From Bacteroidia bacterium (GTDB lineage: Bacteria > Bacteroidota > Bacteroidia > JABEUT01), in assembly GCA_052325425.1 (NCBI GenBank), contig JBKQUY010000034.1, forward strand, positions 25-64,024: 64,000 nucleotides of DNA, in the 5' to 3' direction. Shown piece by piece: positions 1 to 6,921 of this stretch. Each line of letters opens with the position of its first letter. Within the stretch, counting starts at the first letter, position 1. Below the pieces are notes generated by a model, which worked only from the letters and a program-made list of their open reading frames with translations, was not told where the DNA came from and made no database searches. Made by a program: the position numbers and the translations under genes.

Positions 1-250
1 TAGTTTCGAGCCTTTTAAGCACATCGAGGATGCACTTTGACGATGCAGTATTGAAATACTCAAGCTGAATATCTACCTGCGTAGGGGTTGTAGGGGTGCT
101 TGCATATCTTTCAAGGCTTTCTACCAATGGTTTATAAAACTCAACCGAGTTTTCAGGTATTGACCTTCCTTTAATTTCAAGTTTCCCTTGTTTTGAATCG
201 AATTTGATTGAAGGGGTTTTAGGCGTGCTTTCGATGGTTATTACTTCCAT
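1..250 (-). CDS. SiaC-like DUF1987 protein. 5' end (start codon at 250) is in the window; the gene runs off the left edge.
   Basis: Reverse-strand translation from the ATG at 250 gives MEVITIESTPKTPSIKFDSKQGKLEIKGRSIPENSVEFYKPLVESLERYASTPTTPTQVDIQLEYFNTASSKCILDVLKRLE. This matches the DUF1987/SiaC hallmark (I.GRS.PEN...FY.P......L.YFNTSSSK.LLD.L). It lies 24 bp downstream of the SiaB-like gene on the same strand. Confidence 0.7.
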   Translation of the reverse strand, partial: MEVITIESTPKTPSIKFDSKQGKLEIKGRSIPENSVEFYKPLVESLERYASTPTTPTQVDIQLEYFNTASSKCILDVLKRLET

Positions 251-274
251 AGCTTGTTTTTAATTATAGATTTG

Positions 275-817
275 TTATTGCTCAATCACTACGTTGAGGG
301 TAAAAAATGAAAAGTTGTCATTAATAGGTACAAAATCATAAAAAAGAGGCTTGCCGGTACGGCGGGCTATATCTATCATTCCAAGTCCTCCTCCGCCTTT
401 GTCAGACATCTGGCCGTTATTAAGTGTTCTTTTATAATATTCTTTTACTTCTTCCGGAGATAATGAATTGATTTCATCCAGTTTCTTTTTGAGGCCCGAA
501 ACGCGGTCGTTTTTAATATAATTGCCGGTAATAACGTTATAGTGGCTGTTTTCTTTACCTATCATAAAAATAGCGGTGCGTGCCATTTCCGAATTCGATT
601 CCAGTGAAGGGTCATCCATGTGGTGGTAAAGGTTTTGCAACAGTTCTACCAGCACTATATACACCTTCTTCCTCAGCTTAGGCTCTTCCTGCATGTTATC
701 CATCTTCGATTCAATAATCTGCAGGATGGAAGTAAGCAATTCAGCCGTAATATCACCCTTGAATGATAAGAGGATGTTATTTCGGTCCATTTTGTCGTAG
801 AAATCGTGAATATCCAT
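275..817 (-). CDS. SiaB-like small GHKL-fold ATPase/protein kinase (partner-switch kinase)
   Basis: 180 aa. C-terminal G2-box-like GGGGLGMIDIARRTG, typical of the histidine-kinase-like ATPase fold. The size matches SiaB (about 180 aa). It sits immediately upstream of a DUF1987 (SiaC-like) gene in the same orientation, as in the siaB-siaC arrangement. Confidence 0.55.
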   Translation of the reverse strand: MDIHDFYDKMDRNNILLSFKGDITAELLTSILQIIESKMDNMQEEPKLRKKVYIVLVELLQNLYHHMDDPSLESNSEMARTAIFMIGKENSHYNVITGNYIKNDRVSGLKKKLDEINSLSPEEVKEYYKRTLNNGQMSDKGGGGLGMIDIARRTGKPLFYDFVPINDNFSFFTLNVVIEQ

Positions 818-1157
818 GTCTATTTCAGGGTTTCTTGCGGTTTAAGTTTATGTTGTACGGTACATATCAAAACGTTACTGAAAATGAGCTGAAGCCTGTA
901 TTCTCCTCTGTGCGCTGAATTACCTGCTAAAGCCCATGCAATGGAACCCTGGGCCGCTTTTTTACACGACAAAATTAACGACATAGCGCTCTCTATAATA
1001 ACGTCTGACACAATTGACAATGAATATTTCATTTCAAGTTTTAGGCTAAAGAGAAAAGGCAAATATAATAAAATTGGCTTCTCTGACAAAATAAGTAAAA
1101 AATGGGTAGTGTCTCAGTTTGAATTTTAACATTTGGTAGAAATACAAATATAGTGTT

Positions 1158-1165
1158 TATCTTTG
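1158..1165 (+). promoter_or_regulatory. Candidate Bacteroidota sigma-A -7 element TATCTTTG (consensus TAnnTTTG), with TTTG at 1132-1135 as a possible -33 element.
   Basis: The motif reads directly as TAtcTTTG. The ATG of the small basic ORF begins only 5 nt downstream, implying a leaderless or near-leaderless transcript. Confidence 0.3.
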
Positions 1166-1169
1166 CGGC

Positions 1170-1400
1170 ATGGTAAAATATAAACGCCCAAAGGACACTA
1201 ATCAAAGGGCAAAACTTTTAGTAGAACTACTTACAGGGGAAACAACCGAAAAGAATCCCGATGAAGGGAAAAACCCTGCTGCGGTGGCATTAGGTAGATT
1301 GGGTGGGAAAGCAAGGGCTGCCCGACTTTCTGTAAATAGAAGAAAGGGAATAGCAAAGAAAGCAGCTAAAAAGAGGTGGAGTAGGGCTAAGAAGAAGTAG
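1170..1400 (+). CDS. Small very basic Lys/Arg/Ala-rich protein with a conserved GR.GGKARA...IAKKAAKKRW-type C-terminal motif (putative nucleic-acid-binding protein)
   Basis: 76 aa, MVKYKRPKD...AAVALGRLGGKARAARLSVNRRKGIAKKAAKKRWSRAKKK. It has strong positive charge, no hydrophobic core and a single Met. Its 3' end overlaps the convergent retropepsin gene by 14 bp. Confidence 0.45.
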   Translation: MVKYKRPKDTNQRAKLLVELLTGETTEKNPDEGKNPAAVALGRLGGKARAARLSVNRRKGIAKKAAKKRWSRAKKK

Positions 1401-1827
1401 GATGTATATAATCGCTTTTATTTGCCATTTCAAAAGTTCCTTTAGGGCTGTTTATTAAAATATGCAATTTACTAAGTAAATTCATTCCTATTAATGGCTC
1501 TGAATCTATCGCGCCGACCTCTAATAATGTTTCAATAACACCATCAATTTTTACTTTCCCCATATAAAACTTGACTTTTTTCTTCTTTTTCTTTTTATCA
1601 TCATCGAAGCCAATAATTTTATATTCATTGCCAGTTGGCTTTAAATTAAGGCTATTGATAATATCTTTGGGTAAAAGAGTAAAATCACTCCCTGTGTCTA
1701 TTAATGCCCTCTTGATGTTTTTTTCTATTGTTGATTTATCTGGAGAAGAAACGGTAATATCTATTAGGAGTGATGGTCGGCGATACGCATCATAATCAAT
1801 TACAAATTCCTTTCCTCCAATTGCCAT
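1387..1827 (-). CDS. Retropepsin-like (clan AA) aspartic protease
   Basis: 146 aa with the canonical catalytic motif ALIDTGSDFTLLP (hydrophobic-hydrophobic-D-T/S-G-A/S) and a downstream GMNLLSKL flap-like segment. A Lys-rich linker (DDDKKKKKKKVKF) is encoded by T/C-rich DNA at 1571-1600. Its ATG directly abuts the stop codon of the upstream ORF (TAAATGG). Confidence 0.7.
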   Translation of the reverse strand: MAIGGKEFVIDYDAYRRPSLLIDITVSSPDKSTIEKNIKRALIDTGSDFTLLPKDIINSLNLKPTGNEYKIIGFDDDKKKKKKKVKFYMGKVKIDGVIETLLEVGAIDSEPLIGMNLLSKLHILINSPKGTFEMANKSDYIHPTSS

Positions 1828-2259
1828 TTAAGCAATTTTAACAGCTCTGAATTTGGGCGACATTCGATGAACTTTTTCTTTTTTTGCTGTCACAAGAGGC
1901 ATAAAAATAGTTCTATAGCCGTATTTTTCATAAATACGGGATGCTAATTCTGAAATATCAGTATCGTTATCTAATACCTCCCCGTTTAGCATAGCAATAT
2001 ATTTTCCTTTGAATCTTTTTAATAATTCACTTTTTTTACTTTCAAAGATTCTCTTTTCAAGATTAAGAATTTCTTCTTCGCTCAAAGGTTTATTTTTATA
2101 AATATTGGCATCAGGATTAAAAGAAGTCTTATCTTCTAAAAATCTTACGTCAAAAGGGAATGGGTAGAATTTTTGATATTCTAATCCAGCCGCTGTACCG
2201 CTTTGAATAAAGCTTACGTCTTTTACGTCGCCCTCTATTATGATTGTTTGTGTTTCCAT
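1828..2259 (-). CDS. Hypothetical small protein, translationally coupled to the retropepsin gene (possible substrate, adaptor or inhibitor)
   Basis: 143 aa. No catalytic motif was recognised. The C-terminal segment GKYIAMLNGEVLDNDTDISELASRIYEKYGYRTIFMPLV resembles small DUF-type proteins. Its stop overlaps the start of the downstream protease gene. Confidence 0.45.
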   Translation of the reverse strand: METQTIIIEGDVKDVSFIQSGTAAGLEYQKFYPFPFDVRFLEDKTSFNPDANIYKNKPLSEEEILNLEKRIFESKKSELLKRFKGKYIAMLNGEVLDNDTDISELASRIYEKYGYRTIFMPLVTAKKEKVHRMSPKFRAVKIA

Positions 2260-2284
2260 TTTTTTTATAGTTTAAAAGGTTGTG

Positions 2285-3322
2285 TTATCTGATTTTTTCC
2301 CACTGGTTTTTTAAAAAATTTAGATTGATAGAAACTTGTGGTACTAACGGGCTTCCAGGTGTAACTGGTTGCGTTAATTTTTTAATCTCATAAGTGAAAT
2401 TAAAAACATTAAGTGATTTCATACTTTCAATATATGACCCATAATAATTACCTGAATGAATATCATTAGCACCAAGTTCTTCTAAAGGATTAAAATGACT
2501 TTCAAGCTTCATTTCAGTAGAGTATAGTTCAAATAAATCAAGTATTAGTTTTTCTTCTTTTTTATCAGTCTTAATATCTAATCCAATTTCTCTTGCTTCA
2601 TCTCTATAAATAGGATAATTATGAATGCAAATATCCTCTGTGATGGCATCAATAATTTTAGAGATTCTTACTTCATTAGTCTTATTTATAGGTTTTATAT
2701 GTGTTTCAAGTAACCTTTGAGTAATAATCTTTATCATTCTTTGTACCCTATATACATTCCCTAACGATAACGGATGCAAATGAAGATTATTAGGAGATGG
2801 CTCAGTCATTTTTGCATATAAATCTACAACTTGGTCTACACTTGCATCTAATTCATCCTCAGCAAATTTTAAATATGAACGCACATCTTCAACACTTATT
2901 GGCAAATAAGGATTTTGACCAGGCATTGCATTAACTCGTGGATTAAATGGATGAATTGAAGCAGTAGGGTCTACTGGAGTTAATTCAGCAATTTTTGTCA
3001 TTACAATTTCATCTGCTCCTAAACATATTAAAGTACCTGCACTAAGACATCTATAAGGGACTAATACCGAAAATTTTTCCTTGCAATAAGTTCTAATTAA
3101 TTGTACAATCCTAATAGGTACAACCATATCTCCGCCTCTTGTATATAAAAATAAATCAATATTATTTTGTTCACCAATTGATTCAAGATGTCTTAATAAA
3201 ATTGGAATAACTTCTTCATTAACTTGTGTTTGAAATTGTGGACGGTCACCCATCACATAACAAATTACTGATGATTTTCTTGCTTTTTCAAGCTTTTCTA
3301 TGGCTTCTATTCTCTTATTCAA
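2285..3322 (-). CDS. SDH-family (PF01972-like) ClpP/crotonase-fold serine protease
   Basis: 345 aa. The N-terminal approx. 110 aa has the ClpP-like layout: VICYVMGD...IDLFLYTRGGDMVVPIRIV...LVPYRCLSAGTLICLGADEIVM (compare ClpP ...LYINSPGG...ASMG...). The likely nucleophile Ser is in LSAGT. There is a long alpha-rich C-terminal extension. The DNA here is markedly AT-rich. Confidence 0.65.
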   Translation of the reverse strand: MNKRIEAIEKLEKARKSSVICYVMGDRPQFQTQVNEEVIPILLRHLESIGEQNNIDLFLYTRGGDMVVPIRIVQLIRTYCKEKFSVLVPYRCLSAGTLICLGADEIVMTKIAELTPVDPTASIHPFNPRVNAMPGQNPYLPISVEDVRSYLKFAEDELDASVDQVVDLYAKMTEPSPNNLHLHPLSLGNVYRVQRMIKIITQRLLETHIKPINKTNEVRISKIIDAITEDICIHNYPIYRDEAREIGLDIKTDKKEEKLILDLFELYSTEMKLESHFNPLEELGANDIHSGNYYGSYIESMKSLNVFNFTYEIKKLTQPVTPGSPLVPQVSINLNFLKNQWEKIR

Positions 3323-3601
3323 TGTTCGGAATTGATTGATTTTACTGCAAAGTTAACTATAATGTTTGTATTATTGTTAACTTGTTTGTATCTTTTCATT
3401 AAATATTTTGTTTTTATGCTAATAATTACATATACAAACTGAATGACACAAAATAATCTAAGTGATAACGAAATGGCAATGTTTTATACTTGAAAAAGCA
3501 ATGTTTTTTCTTCATTTTAACATTTTTTAACATTTAAATTGACATTTTATGCTTATCGCTAAGTATTTTGCATTATATTTGTATCGTAAAAATGATGCAA
3601 C

Positions 3602-4441
3602 ATGAACAAATTACCGATAGAAAAAAGGACACAAATAATAAACTGCCTTGTTGAAGGCATGAGTTTACGAGCTACATCAAGGCTTTCAGGTTGCTCAATA
3701 AATACAGTAACTAAATTACTTGTTGATGTTGGCAAAGCCTGTCAAAAATTTCATAATGAAACAGTAAAAAATATTGCTTCTAAGAGGGTTCAATGTGATG
3801 AAATTTGGAGTTTTGTATATGCCAAAGCAAAAAATGTACCCGAAGAAAAACAAGGCGAAGCAGGGGACGTATGGACATGGGTTGGCATGGATTCAGATAG
3901 CAAACTTGTTATTTCATGGTTCATTGGTAATAGGGATGCTGAATCAGCACATGAATTAATGGAGGATTTAGCTACAAGGTTAACCAAAAGGGTACAATTA
4001 ACCACAGATGGGCTAAAAGCCTATTTAGATGCTGTTGAAGATGCTTTCCCATCAGGCATTGACTTTGCTCAATTAGTTAAACTATATGGTAATACAACAA
4101 GGGAAGAAGCAAGAAAATATAGCCCTGCTGAATGTATCGGTGCAACTAAAACACCTATAATGGGCGCACCAGACCCCGACCATATTAGTACAAGCCATAT
4201 TGAAAGGCAAAATTTAACTATGAGGATGCACATGAGGCGGTTTACAAGGCTTACTAATGCTTTTTCTAAAAAAGTGGAAAATCATTGCTATGCTATTGCA
4301 TTGCATTTTGTTTATTACAACTTTTGTAAGGCACACAAGTCCTTAAATAAGGCTACCCCTGCAATGGCAGCAGGTTTAACAGATTGGTTTATGGAAATTT
4401 CAGATATAGTGAAACTTGCTGATAAAGAAAATTCAAACTGA
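3602..4441 (+). mobile_element. IS1-family transposase, single fused ORF (InsA-like HTH N-terminus plus InsB-like DDE core)
   Basis: 279 aa. QCDEIWSFVYAK...VWTWVGMDSDSKLVISWFIGNR...LTTDGLKAY...SHIERQNLTMRMHMRRFTRLTNAFSKKVENHCYAIALHFVYYNF aligns in order with IS1 InsB blocks (CDEMWGYV...W..D.......GER...TDG...Y...IERHNLNLRQHLARL.R.SLSFSKS.ELHDKVIGHYLN). AT-rich non-coding flanks lie at 3323-3601 and 4442-4532. The terminal inverted repeats could not be defined by eye. Confidence 0.8.
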
Positions 4442-4532
4442 GACACTACCAAAAAATGATTCATTTTCCGTTTATTTGTCAAGATTTCAAATCCTCAAAA
4501 AAATAAAGAATATTACTATTCGCAGATTTCAA

Positions 4533-6071
4533 TCAGTAAATAAGAATTTCTTTATAAAAATTCCCCTCTGTAGTCTCTAATTTATAGGCATAAACGCCAG
4601 GCTTGATTCTGGCTTTATCCAAGTCTAACAAATATTCATGTTCACCATCTTTGAGCATGTAATCTTTATATATATCATAGACCTTATTGCCTTGCCAGTC
4701 AATTACCGAGAGGTTTATTTTTTCAATATTCTCAAGCTTAAATGTAAACCAGACGCTTTCATTGTTTCCTGCTATTTCGCAATTGTTATTGTCAACCGCT
4801 GGGCCGGGTGGAGAATACAAAGCCCAATCCAAATCGCCGGGGTTAATAATGGCTGTGTATATTCTCAGCCTGTGTTTATTGAGCTGCATCCACATGGGGC
4901 GTATAATATTATTATAGGCGGCAACATCCACGTAATCCCCAAAAAATTCAGATGCTGTAGGTACAAACCAGTTATCGTTTATGTTGAAATTGCAAAAATT
5001 CTTACCCCCGTCTTTTGAAACAGCAAGACAGACATCGGTAGTATCTCCCCCATGTTCGCGCCTGTCGTAAAACAGGCTGTAAAGGTACCCGGTAACCGGG
5101 TCAATGGTAAGCCATGTCATGAAGTGCTGCCGGTGGCTGTCATCATTATTTATCCTCATAGGTTTGCTCCATGTATCTCCTCCGTCAGACGATTTTACAA
5201 ACCAAATATTGGTATTATCGCTTCCGTTGCGCTGGTCGCTCCAGCTTAGGTATAACGTGCCCCTGTATGGACTATTGCTGATATCGCAGACTATCATGGG
5301 CAGGCCGTTGCAGCGGTCTATGCCGCTTATATCATAATCCCACCCGCCTATTACCGGCGCTATTTTCTTTTCCTGCGCTGTCCATGTTTTACCTCCATCG
5401 AGGCTCTTTTTAAATACAATACCATTGGGGCCTGCCCAGGCAACGTATACTTCGCCGTTTATCCCCACGCAGGGCACTGCGCCTTCATCGGTATTATCCC
5501 CGTCAAGGCAATCGCCGCCTTTATTGTCAAGCCGTATGGGCTCTGTCCAGGAGTGCCCTGTATCAACCGATTGTGCAAAGAAAATGTGGCTGCTGTCGGT
5601 AGGGCGGCGCGAAGCATATTTATCAAATTGCGTCCACGATAAATAAATATGGTTGCGGTAAGGGCTATGGGTAAAGTCAACCACAGCACCCGGCTTGTCC
5701 TGGTTTTTTTTCGGGTTTAATCCTGCAAAACCTCCACCGTTCCAGGTAATTCCCCCATCGGTTGATTTCTGGCAAACCATCCTGTCTAACCATGAACCAT
5801 CCCTGGGGCTTGAAAGGTGGATGAAATAAAAATCACCTGCCGTATCGCATATTAAGGTAGGGTCGCCATAAACTCCATAAGGAGATTTCATAAAGCCGTG
5901 ATGCCATGTCCTTCCTGTATCTGCCGAGTTATAAAAGTTAATAATGTTGGCTCCGGCGGCAATTTTATTAAGCGAAGAGGGACATAAAGCAAGCGATACT
6001 TCTTCCGGGGAACTGGTACTGTCAATGCAGATATTTTTTTGGGCAGATAATGTGGTAACAGAAACAAACAT
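4533..6071 (-). CDS. BNR/Asp-box repeat (sialidase-like beta-propeller) secreted protein with a T9SS type-A C-terminal sorting domain
   Basis: Several Asp-box motifs (STDGGITW, SLDGGKTW, SSDGGDTW, SKDGGKNF). The C-terminus ...INLSVIDWQGNKVYDIY...IKPGVYAYKLETTEGNFYKEILIY fits the Por_Secre_tail pattern. The start is placed at the internal Met (6071), because it sits in a signal-peptide-like LTTILLMFVSVTTLSAQ. The ORF is open upstream to 6278. Confidence 0.7.
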   Translation of the reverse strand: MFVSVTTLSAQKNICIDSTSSPEEVSLALCPSSLNKIAAGANIINFYNSADTGRTWHHGFMKSPYGVYGDPTLICDTAGDFYFIHLSSPRDGSWLDRMVCQKSTDGGITWNGGGFAGLNPKKNQDKPGAVVDFTHSPYRNHIYLSWTQFDKYASRRPTDSSHIFFAQSVDTGHSWTEPIRLDNKGGDCLDGDNTDEGAVPCVGINGEVYVAWAGPNGIVFKKSLDGGKTWTAQEKKIAPVIGGWDYDISGIDRCNGLPMIVCDISNSPYRGTLYLSWSDQRNGSDNTNIWFVKSSDGGDTWSKPMRINNDDSHRQHFMTWLTIDPVTGYLYSLFYDRREHGGDTTDVCLAVSKDGGKNFCNFNINDNWFVPTASEFFGDYVDVAAYNNIIRPMWMQLNKHRLRIYTAIINPGDLDWALYSPPGPAVDNNNCEIAGNNESVWFTFKLENIEKINLSVIDWQGNKVYDIYKDYMLKDGEHEYLLDLDKARIKPGVYAYKLETTEGNFYKEILIY

Positions 6072-6477
6072 CAAAAGTATAGTGGTTAAGATAAAATTAT
6101 TGAGACTGCCGCGTCCTTCAATTTTTTTATGGGATGAAGGACTCACAGTGACGCTATGCCCCTCTGTTATTGCGAGGTACGAAGCAATCTCAATAAATCC
6201 AGGTATTTTTTTGCAAAATGATTTAGTATTAATACATAATAGAACTATTTGCCGGGAAAAGAATTTGAAAAGTTTCACATCAATGATAAATTCACATTTA
6301 TTATGCGTAACAAAGGTAGAAAAAGCTTATTAATCAGCCTCTATCGCTCTCTATCCGTTGAAAGAGGCGGGATTGGGTTGTTTACGAAAAAAGTTGATAA
6401 AAAACAAGAAAAATCACAATAATTTAACCTGTTGAAAACCTGCATTCACTATTCTACCGCCGAATAATATTTTGTTA

Positions 6478-6485
6478 TACATTTG
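6478..6485 (+). promoter_or_regulatory. Candidate -7 promoter element TACATTTG (TAnnTTTG) upstream of the DUF423 gene
   Basis: The motif lies 20 nt upstream of the ATG at 6506. No clear -33 TTTG is present at the expected spacing. Confidence 0.25.
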
Positions 6486-6505
6486 CGCCCTTAACCAAAA
6501 AAACC

Positions 6506-6919
6506 ATGCGGAAAGGAGCAATGGTATTTGCGGGCATTTCTGGCAGCCTCGCAGTTGTTTTTGGGGCATTTGGCGCCCATTTTTTAAGCAGCAAAGTAGA
6601 TAGTGGAATACTGAGCGCTAAAGATATGCACGCGTACGAAACAGCGGTACACTACCAGTTTTTTCATACCCTTGCCATATTAGGAACTTTCGCGGTAAAA
6701 GATAAGTATCCTTTATATAACAGGACAATAGGAATATTATTTATGCTGGGCATTTTACTTTTTTCGGGTTCCATATACCTTCTTTCAACTTCGGGTATTA
6801 CAGGCATCAATTTTAAATGGCTCGGGCCAATAACTCCTTTGGGCGGTTTGTGTTTTATTGCAGGATGGGCCTGCCTGTTGCTTTCGGCCATTAAACAAAG
6901 TGAAGTTGCTAAACAATAA
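6506..6919 (+). CDS. DUF423 (YgdD-like) small inner-membrane protein
   Basis: 137 aa. Four predicted TM helices and GAFGAHFL / HYQFFH motifs typical of DUF423. Confidence 0.65.
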   Translation: MRKGAMVFAGISGSLAVVFGAFGAHFLSSKVDSGILSAKDMHAYETAVHYQFFHTLAILGTFAVKDKYPLYNRTIGILFMLGILLFSGSIYLLSTSGITGINFKWLGPITPLGGLCFIAGWACLLLSAIKQSEVAKQ

Positions 6920-6921
6920 GG

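Noticed and set aside
820-1129. 89-aa (minus) and 62-aa (plus) overlapping ORFs between the SiaB-like gene and the small basic protein gene
   Set aside because: They overlap each other on opposite strands, have no recognisable motifs and have atypical composition. They are treated as non-coding spacer.
1387-3322. Protease cassette as a prophage prohead-maturation module
   Set aside because: ClpP-fold S49-like proteases are used by some phages, but no capsid, scaffold, portal, terminase or integrase genes occur in the flanking 5 kb. The only mobile gene nearby is an IS1 transposase.
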